Source: Gammaproteobacteria bacterium
GTDB taxonomy: Bacteria; Pseudomonadota; Gammaproteobacteria; Steroidobacterales; UBA11654
Length of the DNA stretch: 64,000 nucleotides
Direction: 5' to 3'
Assembly (NCBI GenBank): GCA_029941465.1
Contig: JAPYQN010000001.1
Span: 65,708-129,707, forward strand
Shown here in pieces: positions 51,224-61,265 of the stretch. How positions within the stretch are numbered: the stretch's first letter is position 1; each line of letters starts with the position of its first letter. The notes below the pieces were generated by a model that saw only the letters and a list, made by a program, of their open reading frames with translations, had not been told where the DNA came from and searched no databases. Both the position numbers and the translations under genes were made by a program.

Positions 51224-52300
51224 ATGTCAGAAAATATTTATAACTTTTCAGCTGGGCCTGCAACATTACCCAAATCTGTCACTGATCATTTAAAGTTAAT
51301 CATTAATGATTTTGATCAAGGAATGTCGATCCTTGAAGTCAGTCATAGAAGTAAAGCATTTAAAGACTTTGCATCAGAGTCAGAAACAACATTTAGAAGA
51401 CTCTTAAATATCAGTGATAAATATGAGGTTTTGTTCCTACAGGGTGGTGCGACTCATCAATTTACAATGATTCCCCAAAACCTCTCTAGAAATGGTCCTG
51501 TTGATTATTTAATTACAGGAGGTTGGTCTAAAAAAGCTGCAAATTATGCTGCTCAACAACAAATCGAAGTAAATATTGTTTCAGATTCATCAGACAATAA
51601 TTATACCGACGTTGACAATCAAGATTCGTGGAACATTAATGCAGATTCTGATTACTTTTACTATTGTGCTAATGAAACAGTTCATGGTATTGAAATACAT
51701 AACCCTATTAATATAGACACACCGTTAGTTTGTGATATGTCTTCAACATTATGCACAAGACCTATAGAAGTTAGTGACTTTGATGTGATATTTGCTGGTG
51801 CCCAGAAAAATCTCGGTATAGCAGGTTTAACAATAGTAATTATTAAAAAAGAGTTAATCAAACAAAAAGCAGAACACTTAAACCCTATTATGAGATATGA
51901 AGATCATGCAAAAGATAAATCAATGCTTAATACATCACCCGTTTTTGCATGGTATACAGCAGGGCTTGTATTTGATTGGATTGAAGAACAAGGTGGTCTT
52001 CAAGCTATGGCTCAAATAAATCAAACTAAGTCACAGCTTCTCTATGAATATATTGATAATTCTGATCTTTATCAAAACCCTGTTTCAAAAAAATATAGAT
52101 CATGGGTTAATATCCCATTCATTTTAAAAGATAACGATTTAGATGATATATTTCTTTCTCAAGCAGAAAAATCTGGACTATACAATCTTAAAGGCCATAG
52201 AACTGTTGGTGGAATGCGTGCGAGTGTGTACAATGCCATGCCTGTTGAAGGTGTGGAGATGTTAATAACATTTATGAAAGATTTTGAAAATAAACAATAG
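51224..52300 (+). CDS. serC: 3-phosphoserine/phosphohydroxythreonine aminotransferase
   Basis: 358 aa with YNFSAGPATLP at the N-terminus, FAGAQKNLG (PLP lysine), and GHRTVGGMRASVYNAMP. Confidence 0.93.
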   Translation: MSENIYNFSAGPATLPKSVTDHLKLIINDFDQGMSILEVSHRSKAFKDFASESETTFRRLLNISDKYEVLFLQGGATHQFTMIPQNLSRNGPVDYLITGGWSKKAANYAAQQQIEVNIVSDSSDNNYTDVDNQDSWNINADSDYFYYCANETVHGIEIHNPINIDTPLVCDMSSTLCTRPIEVSDFDVIFAGAQKNLGIAGLTIVIIKKELIKQKAEHLNPIMRYEDHAKDKSMLNTSPVFAWYTAGLVFDWIEEQGGLQAMAQINQTKSQLLYEYIDNSDLYQNPVSKKYRSWVNIPFILKDNDLDDIFLSQAEKSGLYNLKGHRTVGGMRASVYNAMPVEGVEMLITFMKDFENKQ

Positions 52301-52309
52301 AGCTTAAGC

Positions 52310-53473
52310 ATGTATAAAATTCTTAAGCTTAACAATATAGCGTCTGAGGGATTGAGTGTCTTTGAAAATGGCGATTATCACCTGGGTGATGAAATTACCT
52401 CACCTGATGCTATTCTACTAAGATCATTCAATATGCATGAAATGGATATACCCGAATCCGTTCAAGCAATAGGTAGGGCAGGGTCTGGTGTAAATAATAT
52501 ACCTATAGATAAGCTGTCTGAACTTGCCATTCCAGTGTTTAACGCCCCTGGTGCTAATGCCAATGCAGTTAAAGAATTAGCTTTAGCAGCGATCTTAATA
52601 GCAGCTAGAAATATTCACAGAGCAATGGCTTATATTCACAACCTAAAAAGCTCAGATAATCTAAAAAGTGACATTGAATCTGCAAAGAAACAATATGTTG
52701 GCTATGAATTACCAAATAAAACTTTGGGCGTTATTGGTTTAGGCTCTATAGGAATAAAAGTCGCTAATGCAGGCTATGATTTAGGAATGAAAGTTCTGGG
52801 ATTTGATCCCATGATTACTATTGATAATGCAATAAATCTAGTTCCAGGAGTTAAAAAATACAATGATTTAAATGAAGTATTAAAGAATGTAGATATATTA
52901 ACAATACATATCCCTTATAAAAATGAAACTAAAGACTTCATAAGTGAGAATGAAATTAATTTAATGAAAAATAGTGCAACCATTATAAATTTATCAAGAG
53001 AAGAAATTGTAAACACTGATGCTGTTATCAAAGCATTGGAAAATAAAAAACTAAACACTTATGTAACTGATTTCCCTAATGACAGTCTAATAGGGAACCC
53101 TGATGTTTTATTATTACCACATTTGGGAGCATCCACAAAAGAGGCTGAAACTAATTGTGCTGTTATGGTTGCAAACAGTATAAAGTCTTATTTAGAAAGT
53201 GGTGATATTATTAATTCTGTTAATTTTCCTGATGTTTCATTAGTAAATGATACCAAGCATCGATTAACAATCACTAACCTTAATAAACCAAATATTGTGG
53301 GACAATTTACTTCCCTCTTGGGTAAAGAAAATATTAATATTAATGATCTATCCCATAAAAACTATAAAAATATTGGTTACACAATCCTTAACCTTGATAA
53401 ATCAATATCTCATAAGATCATCGAACAAATCGAACAAATCGATGGGGTTATTAAGACAAATATAATTTCTTGA
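52310..53473 (+). CDS. serA: D-3-phosphoglycerate dehydrogenase-like 2-hydroxyacid dehydrogenase with C-terminal ACT-like domain
   Basis: The NAD-binding motif GVIGLGSIG and the catalytic region PHLGASTKEA are present. The C-terminal ~80 aa is ACT-like. Its position next to serC supports the call. Confidence 0.8.
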   Translation: MYKILKLNNIASEGLSVFENGDYHLGDEITSPDAILLRSFNMHEMDIPESVQAIGRAGSGVNNIPIDKLSELAIPVFNAPGANANAVKELALAAILIAARNIHRAMAYIHNLKSSDNLKSDIESAKKQYVGYELPNKTLGVIGLGSIGIKVANAGYDLGMKVLGFDPMITIDNAINLVPGVKKYNDLNEVLKNVDILTIHIPYKNETKDFISENEINLMKNSATIINLSREEIVNTDAVIKALENKKLNTYVTDFPNDSLIGNPDVLLLPHLGASTKEAETNCAVMVANSIKSYLESGDIINSVNFPDVSLVNDTKHRLTITNLNKPNIVGQFTSLLGKENININDLSHKNYKNIGYTILNLDKSISHKIIEQIEQIDGVIKTNIIS

Positions 53474-53478
53474 TTGCT

Positions 53479-54297
53479 ATGAATGTCTCATACTTAGGAC
53501 CTAAAGGATCATTTTCAGAGATCGCATTGTTAGCTTATTTTGGAAATAATGCCACTACGATTCCGATGCCGTCCATTGGTGATGTTTTCAACTCAGTTGA
53601 GAATAAAGAAACAACATACGGGATCATACCCATTGAGAATTCTATTGAAGGTTCAGTTAATAACTCACATGATCTTTTAATGGAATCTAACGTTTTAATT
53701 AGTGGTGAAATAGAGCTACCAATAAATCAATGCCTACTGTCAAAAAATTTCTCAAAGGAGGGTGTAAATATCTTGTATTCACACTCTCAGTCATTAGCTC
53801 AATGTCAAAACTGGATTAAATCAAAGCTTCCGAAGATCAAAATAGTTCCCGTTATTAGTAATTCTGAGGGTGCAACTATGATTAAAAAAGACAATGAAGC
53901 ATGTATAGGTTCAGAAAAACTATCCAAAGATTACAATTTGAATATACTTGAATATAATATTCAGGATTTTCCTGATAACACAACAAGATTTCTCATCATT
54001 GGTCGAGAGGTTTCTGAAAAATCAAACCATAATAAAACGTCTATTATTGTGTCCCCCTCAAATACATCAGACTCAGGATCATTGTTTAAGGTTTTAAAAC
54101 CTTTTAGCAATCACAACGTTAACCTATCTAGAATAGAGTCTAGGCCCTCAAAAATGGGTAAATGGAGCTATGTGTTCTTTATTGATCTGGAGGGCCATAT
54201 TAGTGATGAATCACTTATTAATGCTCTATCAGAATTAGAAAAGCTTAACATCCAATTCAAAAACTTAGGTTCATATCCAATATCAAGTGATTCTTAA
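53479..54297 (+). CDS. pheA: Prephenate dehydratase (monofunctional; no chorismate mutase domain)
   Basis: I trimmed to ATG 53479 (MNVSYLGPKGSFSE). The PDT motif NTTRFLIIG and the ACT motif SRIESRPSK are present. The ORF begins directly with the PDT domain. Confidence 0.87.
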   Translation: MNVSYLGPKGSFSEIALLAYFGNNATTIPMPSIGDVFNSVENKETTYGIIPIENSIEGSVNNSHDLLMESNVLISGEIELPINQCLLSKNFSKEGVNILYSHSQSLAQCQNWIKSKLPKIKIVPVISNSEGATMIKKDNEACIGSEKLSKDYNLNILEYNIQDFPDNTTRFLIIGREVSEKSNHNKTSIIVSPSNTSDSGSLFKVLKPFSNHNVNLSRIESRPSKMGKWSYVFFIDLEGHISDESLINALSELEKLNIQFKNLGSYPISSDS

Positions 54298-54308
54298 CTA
54301 TATATCTA

Positions 54309-55616
54309 ATGATCAAAGATAAATCTCTTATAGCTATATATGATGGCCCCATTATTGGGAAGGTGGAAGTACCCGGCGATAAATCTATATCCCATAGAGC
54401 TATTCTTCTATCAATGTTATCTATAGGCAAAACAAATATAGAAAACTGCCTTTTCTCTGATGATATTCTCAGGACAATTGAAGTTTCACGTTTGCTGGGC
54501 ACTAAAATTAGTAAAAATGGTTTATCTCTTACTGTTGATGGTTTAGGGCTGGACGGTCTAAAAAAACCATTAGGCACATTAAATTTCGGTAATTCAGGAA
54601 CATCAATGAGATTATTAATGGGTATCCTTGCTGCTCAGAATTTTGAATCTATTTTAAGTGGTGATAGTTCATTAATTAACAGGCCTATGGATCGTGTAGC
54701 AGATCCTTTAATAAAAATGGGTGCAAATATACAAACCACATCAGGACGAGCACCTATTAATATATTTCCTACTAATGGACTAAAAAGTATTAATCATGAT
54801 CTACAAATACCTAGTGCACAGATAAAATCAGCGATACTAATGGCCAGTCTTTTTGGTTCTGGTCAAACAACGATTAAAACAAAAACCAAGTCCAGAGATC
54901 ATACAGAAATTATGTTAAGGGATTTCTCATCATCCATATCATCTGAAAATAATATGATACATATTACCGGGGGGGATTTATTATCCCCAGGGCAAGTCCA
55001 AGTGCCAGGCGATGTTTCTTCTGCTGCGTTTTTAATATTAGCCACCTTAATTTCGAAAAGTAGCGAACTTATTATTGAAAACGTTGGACTTAATCCCACC
55101 AGAACAGGTTTTATAAAAATAATGAAGTTAATGGGAGGTAATATAAAGACTGTTATCAATAATCAAAAAAAATCATCAGAAAAAATTGGCTCAATTATTA
55201 TTAAATCATCGAAACTTAAAGGAATTAAAGTACCTAAACATCTCATAACATCAGCAATAGACGAATTACCGCTTGTTTTTCTTGCAGGTGCATGTGCTGA
55301 AGGCTCTACTATTATTAGGAATGCTGAAGAGCTTAGATTTAAAGAATCAGACCGAATTAATTCAATGATTAAAACATTGAATACATTCGCAATTAAGACT
55401 AAAGAATTTAATGATGGAGCAACTATTGACGGTGGAACTATAACTGGAGGAATCGTGGATTCATTTGGCGATCATAGAATAGCTATGACTGCAATAATTG
55501 CCTCTTGTGTAAGTGAAAAACCTATAATCGTAGAAAACTGTAAAAATATTGACACCTCATTCCCAACTTTTCAAAAAATAATGAATCTAATAGGAATGAA
55601 TATTAAGGAATATTAG
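54309..55616 (+). CDS. aroA: 3-phosphoshikimate 1-carboxyvinyltransferase (EPSP synthase)
   Basis: VPGDKSISHRA, LNFGNSGTSMRLLMG and FGDHRIAM motifs are present. Confidence 0.94.
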   Translation: MIKDKSLIAIYDGPIIGKVEVPGDKSISHRAILLSMLSIGKTNIENCLFSDDILRTIEVSRLLGTKISKNGLSLTVDGLGLDGLKKPLGTLNFGNSGTSMRLLMGILAAQNFESILSGDSSLINRPMDRVADPLIKMGANIQTTSGRAPINIFPTNGLKSINHDLQIPSAQIKSAILMASLFGSGQTTIKTKTKSRDHTEIMLRDFSSSISSENNMIHITGGDLLSPGQVQVPGDVSSAAFLILATLISKSSELIIENVGLNPTRTGFIKIMKLMGGNIKTVINNQKKSSEKIGSIIIKSSKLKGIKVPKHLITSAIDELPLVFLAGACAEGSTIIRNAEELRFKESDRINSMIKTLNTFAIKTKEFNDGATIDGGTITGGIVDSFGDHRIAMTAIIASCVSEKPIIVENCKNIDTSFPTFQKIMNLIGMNIKEY

Positions 55617-55621
55617 AAAGC

Positions 55622-56290
55622 ATGGAAATAATTACAATTGATGGTCCCAGTGGCGTTGGTAAGGGGACTCTAGCATTATATCTTGCTGATAAGCTCGACT
55701 TTAACTATCTGAACAGTGGAGCGCTTTATCGAAGTATTGGCTATATTGCTGATCTGAAATCAATAGATTTAACTGATGAAAAAATGCTAATTAGTATTAC
55801 CCAATCAATAACTTTTAAGTTGAATAAGACGTCTAAAAATACAGAGATTATGTATGAAAATAAAAATATTAATAAGCAGTTATTCAATGAGAAAACAGCA
55901 AAAACTGCTTCAAAAATAGCCTCAATAAGCAGTCTCAGAAAGTCTATTGTTAATATACAGAGAGCATTTGCAGAAGAACCAGGATTAGTAGCTGAAGGAA
56001 GAGATATGGGCAGCATAATTTTTCCTGATGCAATAATAAAATTATTCTTAACTGCAAACACTAAAACCAGAGCTAAAAGAAGGCATAAGCAGTTGAAGGA
56101 AAAAGGAATTAATGTTAGCCTCTCGCAACTAATTGATGAGTTAGAAGCAAGAGATAAAAGGGACACAGTTAGAGAAGTATCTCCGTTAACAGTTCCAGAA
56201 GATGCTTTAATTGTAAACACAGATAATAAATCAATTGGTAAGGTACAAGAACAAGTAATGAGTTACATAGGAAATACAATAAAAATATGA
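55622..56290 (+). CDS. cmk: Cytidylate kinase
   Basis: The P-loop IDGPSGVGKGT and GRDMGSIIFPDA are present. It lies upstream of rpsA. Confidence 0.93.
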   Translation: MEIITIDGPSGVGKGTLALYLADKLDFNYLNSGALYRSIGYIADLKSIDLTDEKMLISITQSITFKLNKTSKNTEIMYENKNINKQLFNEKTAKTASKIASISSLRKSIVNIQRAFAEEPGLVAEGRDMGSIIFPDAIIKLFLTANTKTRAKRRHKQLKEKGINVSLSQLIDELEARDKRDTVREVSPLTVPEDALIVNTDNKSIGKVQEQVMSYIGNTIKI

Positions 56291-57966
56291 GTGAATCTTT
56301 TGAAAATATTTTTGAGTCAAGTCAATACAGTAAAAAGCTAAAACTAGGCCAAATAATAGAAGCAGATGTTTTAGATATAACCACAGACCACGCTATCCTT
56401 TCTGCCGGATTAAAATCTGAATCATTTGTAAATCTAAATCAATTTAAAAACCAAGCCGGAGATGTGGAGATTGAAATAGGTGACAAAGTTGAAGTTATCA
56501 TTGAAGAAATTGAAGACGGAGAAGGGAAAACAAAGCTTTCGAGACAAAAGGCTAAAAATGAAATGACATGGAATAATTTAGTCCAAGCACAAGAAAATGA
56601 TCAAATTATTTCAGGCTTTATACAAAATAGGGTAAAAGGCGGATTTACTGTTCTTGTTGATCAAATCAATGCTTTTCTTCCTGGTTCTTTGGTTGATGTA
56701 CGTCCAGTACGAGATACTCAGTATTTAGAAGGATCAGTTTCTGAATTTAAAGTAGTAAAAGCTGATAAAAAAACTAACAACGTTGTACTTTCAAGAAAAG
56801 CAGCTTTACAAGGCAGCTCAATTGAAAGTAAAAGTGATGTAATAGCCAATATAAAAGAAGGTGATGTTAAAGACGGAGTAGTGAAAAATCTGACTGATTA
56901 TGGAGCTTTTATTGATCTTGGGGGCATAGATGGATTACTACACATAACAGATATCTCTTGGAGAAAGATTAAACACCCATCAGATATAGTGACATTGGGA
57001 GAAAGTCTTAAAGTGATGGTGATAGCGCTTGATAAAGAGAAATTCAGAGTTTCACTAGGGCTTAAACAACTTCAAGAAGACCCTTGGTCTAAAATTATTG
57101 AAAAATATGAAATAGGAATGAAAGTAGCTTGTAGTATCTCTAATATTACTGATTACGGCTTATTTGTTCAGATAGAGGAACAAATTGAAGGACTGGTACA
57201 TGTGTCTGAAATAGATTGGACAAACAATAATCCTAATCCATATAAAATTGCCAATATTGGTGAACAAATTGAAGTAATGATTCTGGATATTGATAATGCA
57301 AAAAGAAGAGTTTCTCTAGGAATGAAACAGTGTACAGACAACCCTTGGGAAAACTTTCAACAAACCCACAAAGATGGAGAAAATATAACTGGAAATATTA
57401 AATCAATAACAGACTTCGGAATATTCGTTGAACTCCAAGGAGGCATTGATGGTCTTATTCATATCTCTGATGTTTCTTGGGATACTGAAGATAACATTGA
57501 TCTATCAGTATTTAAAAAATCTGATGAAATTGAGACTGTTATTATTTCAATAGATGCAAAAAAACAAAGAATATCATTAGGCTTGAAACAAATATCTTCT
57601 GACCCATTCCAAGAATACCTATCAAACAATCCGAAAAACTCCATAGTTAAAGGAGTAGTTGATCAAATCGATGAAAGAAATGCTCTGATAATTCTTGAAA
57701 ATGATATAAAAGGTTTACTCAATATAGCAGAGGTTTCAAGAGACAAAATTGAAGACATGAGATCTGTTTTCAAGATAAAAGAAGAGATTGAATCAAAAAT
57801 TATTGGTTTTGATAAAAAAAATAGAACAATAAAACTTTCTATTAAAGCAAAAGAGGAAAAAGAAGAAAGAGAAGCTATTGAGGAATACCAGTCAGATGAA
57901 AAAGAAAGTATCTCAAAAACTAGTTTAGGGGATTTACTAAAATCTAAATTTTCTAGAAAAAAATAA
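56287..57966 (+). CDS. rpsA: 30S ribosomal protein S1
   Basis: 559 aa with six S1 repeats (for example GVVKNLTDYGAFIDLGGIDGLLHITD). It overlaps cmk by ATGA. Confidence 0.96.
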   Translation: MSESFENIFESSQYSKKLKLGQIIEADVLDITTDHAILSAGLKSESFVNLNQFKNQAGDVEIEIGDKVEVIIEEIEDGEGKTKLSRQKAKNEMTWNNLVQAQENDQIISGFIQNRVKGGFTVLVDQINAFLPGSLVDVRPVRDTQYLEGSVSEFKVVKADKKTNNVVLSRKAALQGSSIESKSDVIANIKEGDVKDGVVKNLTDYGAFIDLGGIDGLLHITDISWRKIKHPSDIVTLGESLKVMVIALDKEKFRVSLGLKQLQEDPWSKIIEKYEIGMKVACSISNITDYGLFVQIEEQIEGLVHVSEIDWTNNNPNPYKIANIGEQIEVMILDIDNAKRRVSLGMKQCTDNPWENFQQTHKDGENITGNIKSITDFGIFVELQGGIDGLIHISDVSWDTEDNIDLSVFKKSDEIETVIISIDAKKQRISLGLKQISSDPFQEYLSNNPKNSIVKGVVDQIDERNALIILENDIKGLLNIAEVSRDKIEDMRSVFKIKEEIESKIIGFDKKNRTIKLSIKAKEEKEEREAIEEYQSDEKESISKTSLGDLLKSKFSRKK

Positions 57967-58006
57967 ATTAATTCCTATTTGCAATTTTTTTTGATGTAAT
58001 TTGTAT

Positions 58007-58294
58007 ATGAGCATAAATAAAAAAGAACTAATCGAAATTATTGCTAACGAACAAGAGCAACTTCCCTATAAAGATATCGAGCTAGCGATAAAAACCATTA
58101 TAGAATCAATGATAGATTCACTAAAGAAAGGTAAGAGAATTGAAATCAGAGGTTTTGGTAGTTTTAGTTTAAGATACAGAAAATCAAGAATAGGGCGCAA
58201 TCCAAAATCAGGTGAGTCAGTTAATATAGATGAAAGATATGTCCCTCACTTTAAACCTGGTAAAGACTTGAAAGAAAGAGTAAAAACAAGCTGA
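58007..58294 (+). CDS. ihfB: Integration host factor subunit beta
   Basis: I trimmed to ATG 58007. [28 protein letters not shown] and [12 protein letters not shown] are present. Confidence 0.92.
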   Translation: MSINKKELIEIIANEQEQLPYKDIELAIKTIIESMIDSLKKGKRIEIRGFGSFSLRYRKSRIGRNPKSGESVNIDERYVPHFKPGKDLKERVKTS

Positions 58295-58314
58295 ACAATA
58301 TTTAAACCTTTTTA

Positions 58315-59478
58315 ATGCTTTCTGACAGTATCTTTTATTTATCATCAATATTCTTGATGTTTGCCCTAATGGGCTACTTTTTTCTAAAATATTTTGATCG
58401 TGAATCAAATAAAAAAATTAATCCTGATTATCTTACTGGACTTAAATACCTCCTTAATGATGAATCAGATAAAGCTATAGACTTATTTTCAAATATTATT
58501 GAAATCGATGATGAAACTATTCAAACACACTTAGCTCTTGGAGTCTTGTTTAGACGGCAAGGTAAAATTGATAAAGCCATTAGGCTCCATGAATATATTC
58601 TCAATAAACCTGATCTTGATGAGGAATATTATTATCAAACACTTCATGAATTAGGTGAAAATTACTTTGTTGCAGGAATTTATGATAAGGCTGAAAGTGT
58701 ATTTGAAAAATTAAAGACAGTAGATGAGCAGACAGTATCAAGCCTAGAGAAATTAATAATAATATACGAATACATGTCCCAATGGGAAAAGGCTTTAGAA
58801 AATCTTGAGGAACTAAGTAAAATTGATCCTGATAATAAACATCTAACTAGTACTTCTCATTATTATTGTCAATTAACACAAAAACATATTGATCAAAATG
58901 ATATCGCTACAGCTGAAACATTTTTAAAAAAAGCAAAATATAATAATCCTAATTCAATTAGACAATTATATTTATCTGCAAAAATTGCTCTTTATAAATC
59001 AGATAAATCTAATGCACTAAAATTTTATGCTGAAATGATTGATAAAAATATATTAGCTCATTTAATTTTACTTCCTCTAATACTTAATAAAATTGATAAT
59101 CATAATGATAATGACTTAAATATAATCTTAGAAAATACCATCGAAAAAAACCCAGACACTAAAAAATATCTTGCTGTGATCTCTGTTATGTTTCCTAACT
59201 TTAATAACAAATATCTTTTTAATTCATTTAAAGAACATATTCAAAAACACACAATTATGAATGAATTAATAAAACACCATCATGAATCTAAATCAATGAC
59301 GTTAATAGATGATCCTCTGATTAATACTTTGAGAACTATTATTAACAATAAAACTAAAAATGATTATAAGTACAGCTGTTCTCAATGTGGGTACAAGACA
59401 ATAAGCCATTCATGGCAATGCCCAACATGTAAGAGTTGGGAGAAATCCGAACCTGTTGACTTTTTAGAGAAAATATAA
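58315..59478 (+). CDS. lapB: Lipopolysaccharide assembly protein LapB (YciM)
   Basis: An N-terminal transmembrane segment, TPR repeats (THLALGVLFRRQGKIDKAIRLHE is collinear with E. coli LapB), and a C-terminal rubredoxin-type CSQCGYKTISHSWQCPTCKSW. Confidence 0.87.
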   Translation: MLSDSIFYLSSIFLMFALMGYFFLKYFDRESNKKINPDYLTGLKYLLNDESDKAIDLFSNIIEIDDETIQTHLALGVLFRRQGKIDKAIRLHEYILNKPDLDEEYYYQTLHELGENYFVAGIYDKAESVFEKLKTVDEQTVSSLEKLIIIYEYMSQWEKALENLEELSKIDPDNKHLTSTSHYYCQLTQKHIDQNDIATAETFLKKAKYNNPNSIRQLYLSAKIALYKSDKSNALKFYAEMIDKNILAHLILLPLILNKIDNHNDNDLNIILENTIEKNPDTKKYLAVISVMFPNFNNKYLFNSFKEHIQKHTIMNELIKHHHESKSMTLIDDPLINTLRTIINNKTKNDYKYSCSQCGYKTISHSWQCPTCKSWEKSEPVDFLEKI

Positions 59479-59480
59479 GA

Positions 59481-59891
59481 ATGAATAATAAAGCTAAAAC
59501 TGGAGTCATTGCTGGAAATTTTGACGTAATTCATCCTGGTTATATCCACCTATTTAACGAATGTAAAAAACACTGCTCACAACTAATTATTTTTCTTCAT
59601 GAAGACCCTTCAGTTGAAAGACCAGAAAAACTGAAGCCCATTCTATCCTTAAGCGAACGTTTATTAATATTATCTTCTCTACAGCAAGTTGATGAGATCG
59701 TTCCCTATAGATTAGAATCAGATCTTGCTCATTTACTGTCTGTAACACAGATAGATATAAGGTTTCTTGGAGATGATTATAAAGATAAGACTTATACAGG
59801 CCATGAACTTAATATTCCAATTCACTATTTAAATAGATCTCATGGTTGGAGTACGACAAAATTCAAAAAATTAATCGCTGAGAGTTTGTAA
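59481..59891 (+). CDS. Cytidylyl/adenylyltransferase-family protein (HldC / RfaE domain II- or TagD-like)
   Basis: 136 aa. The N-terminal nucleotidyltransferase motif is GNFDVIHPGY (family consensus GxFDxxHxGH). A C-terminal WSTTKF matches the ISST-like motif. The specific substrate cannot be assigned by eye. Confidence 0.6.
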   Translation: MNNKAKTGVIAGNFDVIHPGYIHLFNECKKHCSQLIIFLHEDPSVERPEKLKPILSLSERLLILSSLQQVDEIVPYRLESDLAHLLSVTQIDIRFLGDDYKDKTYTGHELNIPIHYLNRSHGWSTTKFKKLIAESL

Positions 59892-59906
59892 AATCACTAT
59901 GAATTC

Positions 59907-59982
59907 TGGCTCCCCGGGCCGGACTCGAACCAGCGACAAATTGATTAACAGTCAACCGCTCTACCAACTGAGCTACCGGGGA
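59907..59982 (-). tRNA. tRNA-Asn (anticodon GTT), CCA encoded
   Basis: The reverse complement is TCCCCGGTAGCTCAGTTGGTAGAGCGGTTGACTGTTAATCAATTTGTCGCTGGTTCGAGTCCGGCCCGGGGAGCCA. It has a 7-bp acceptor stem and the anticodon loop CTGTTAA, and is collinear with E. coli tRNA-Asn. Confidence 0.93.
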
Positions 59983-60033
59983 ATAGAATATAAATGGAGT
60001 CTGCTTGAAGCCAATAAAATAGTCAAGAGTCGA

Positions 60034-61206
60034 TTATTCTAAGGATAATTTTATTCGTGCAATTGATTCTTTTAGTAATTCCATGCTGGTTGCATATGAG
60101 ATTCTTATACAGCCCTCTGCACCAAAAGCACTGCCAGGTATAACTGCTACGTTAGCTTGATCAATTAAAAAACTTGAGAATTCAATATCGTCTGCAAAGC
60201 CCTTACTCTCAATTACATTGTTTACGTCTGGGAAAAGATAAAATGCTCCCGTTCCAGGTGAAGTATTAAACCCATTAATTTTATTCAAAGCATCGCACAA
60301 ATAGTCATGTCGTTTTTTGTATTCATTAACCATCATATTTACTGCATCATGAGGTCCATTAAGTGCAGCAATTGCAGCAACTTGTGAAATAGAAGAGGGG
60401 TTAGATGTACTCTGACCTTGGATCTTTTTCATTGCCTGGACAATTGTTTTAGGGGCTCCGCAATATCCGATTCTCCAGCCTGTCATAGCATAAGCTTTTG
60501 AGACACCATTTATTGTTATAGTTCTATCAAAAAGATTGGGACAAACTTCAGCAAAAGAAGTAAACGGTTCATTACCCCAATAGATGTGTTCATACATATC
60601 ATCAGTGGCAATGAGAACATTAGGGTAATCTGATAAGATCTTACCCATAGATTTATATTGTGCTTTTGTATAAGTTATTCCAGTAGGATTTGAGGGAGAA
60701 TTCAGGATGAGTAATTTTGTTTTGTCTGTTAAAGCAGCTCTGAAGGAATCCATATCAATCTCAAAATTATCCTCTTGATGAGTTTTCATAATAACTGGGT
60801 TGGCATCCGCTAATATCACCATATCAGGATAGGATACCCAGTAAGGACTTATGATTACTACTTCATCATCTGCTTCTAAAACTGACTGGAATAAATTATA
60901 TAATGTTTGTTTTGCTCCAGTTGAAACAATAATATTATCTCGCTGATAATGAAGATTATTATCTCTATTAAACTTATTAATTATTGCATCCTTTAATTCT
61001 GGAGTACCATCAACTTGTGTGTATTTGGTTTGTCCTTTATTAATCGCTTCAATTGCTGCCTTTTTAATATGCTCAGGTGTATCAAAGTCAGGCTCTCCAG
61101 CACTTAAACTAATAACATCGATCCCATTTGCTCTTAACTCCATAGCTTTAGCTGAGATTGTTATCGTTGCAGATGGCTTAACTTTTTGAACTCTATTGGA
61201 CAACAT
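60034..61206 (-). CDS. Class I pyridoxal-phosphate-dependent aminotransferase (aspartate aminotransferase type)
   Basis: 390 aa. The PLP-lysine motif NGVSKAYAMTGWRIGY, SPSNPTG, and the N-terminal KAMELRANGIDVISLSAGEPDFDTP are present. It is divergent from uvrB, as in Pseudomonas. Confidence 0.88.
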   Translation of the reverse strand: MLSNRVQKVKPSATITISAKAMELRANGIDVISLSAGEPDFDTPEHIKKAAIEAINKGQTKYTQVDGTPELKDAIINKFNRDNNLHYQRDNIIVSTGAKQTLYNLFQSVLEADDEVVIISPYWVSYPDMVILADANPVIMKTHQEDNFEIDMDSFRAALTDKTKLLILNSPSNPTGITYTKAQYKSMGKILSDYPNVLIATDDMYEHIYWGNEPFTSFAEVCPNLFDRTITINGVSKAYAMTGWRIGYCGAPKTIVQAMKKIQGQSTSNPSSISQVAAIAALNGPHDAVNMMVNEYKKRHDYLCDALNKINGFNTSPGTGAFYLFPDVNNVIESKGFADDIEFSSFLIDQANVAVIPGSAFGAEGCIRISYATSMELLKESIARIKLSLE

Positions 61207-61265
61207 TGTTATAAATAATTACATTTTAGAGATTAGGGTTTAATTGATGGCTATAATATCAAATT

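Noticed and set aside
53421-53449. A tandem 9-bp repeat ATCGAACAA x2.5 near the 3' end of the serA-like gene (protein IEQIEQID).
   Set aside because: It is in frame, tiny, and consistent with a trivial slippage duplication in a variable C-terminal tail. It is not a repeat array or regulatory element.
59892-60033. tRNA-Asn, and the other tRNA loci, as potential genomic-island integration sites.
   Set aside because: The flanks are core genes on both sides (a cytidylyltransferase and an aminotransferase; secG and nuoA; nuoN and rimP). There are no duplicated tRNA 3' segments, integrases or compositionally distinct DNA.
61207-61265. A possible LexA/SOS box upstream of uvrB (TGTTATAAATAATTACA).
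   Set aside because: The spacing is TGT-N11-ACA rather than CTGT-N8-ACAG, and the flanking C/G bases are missing. It is not a credible SOS box.
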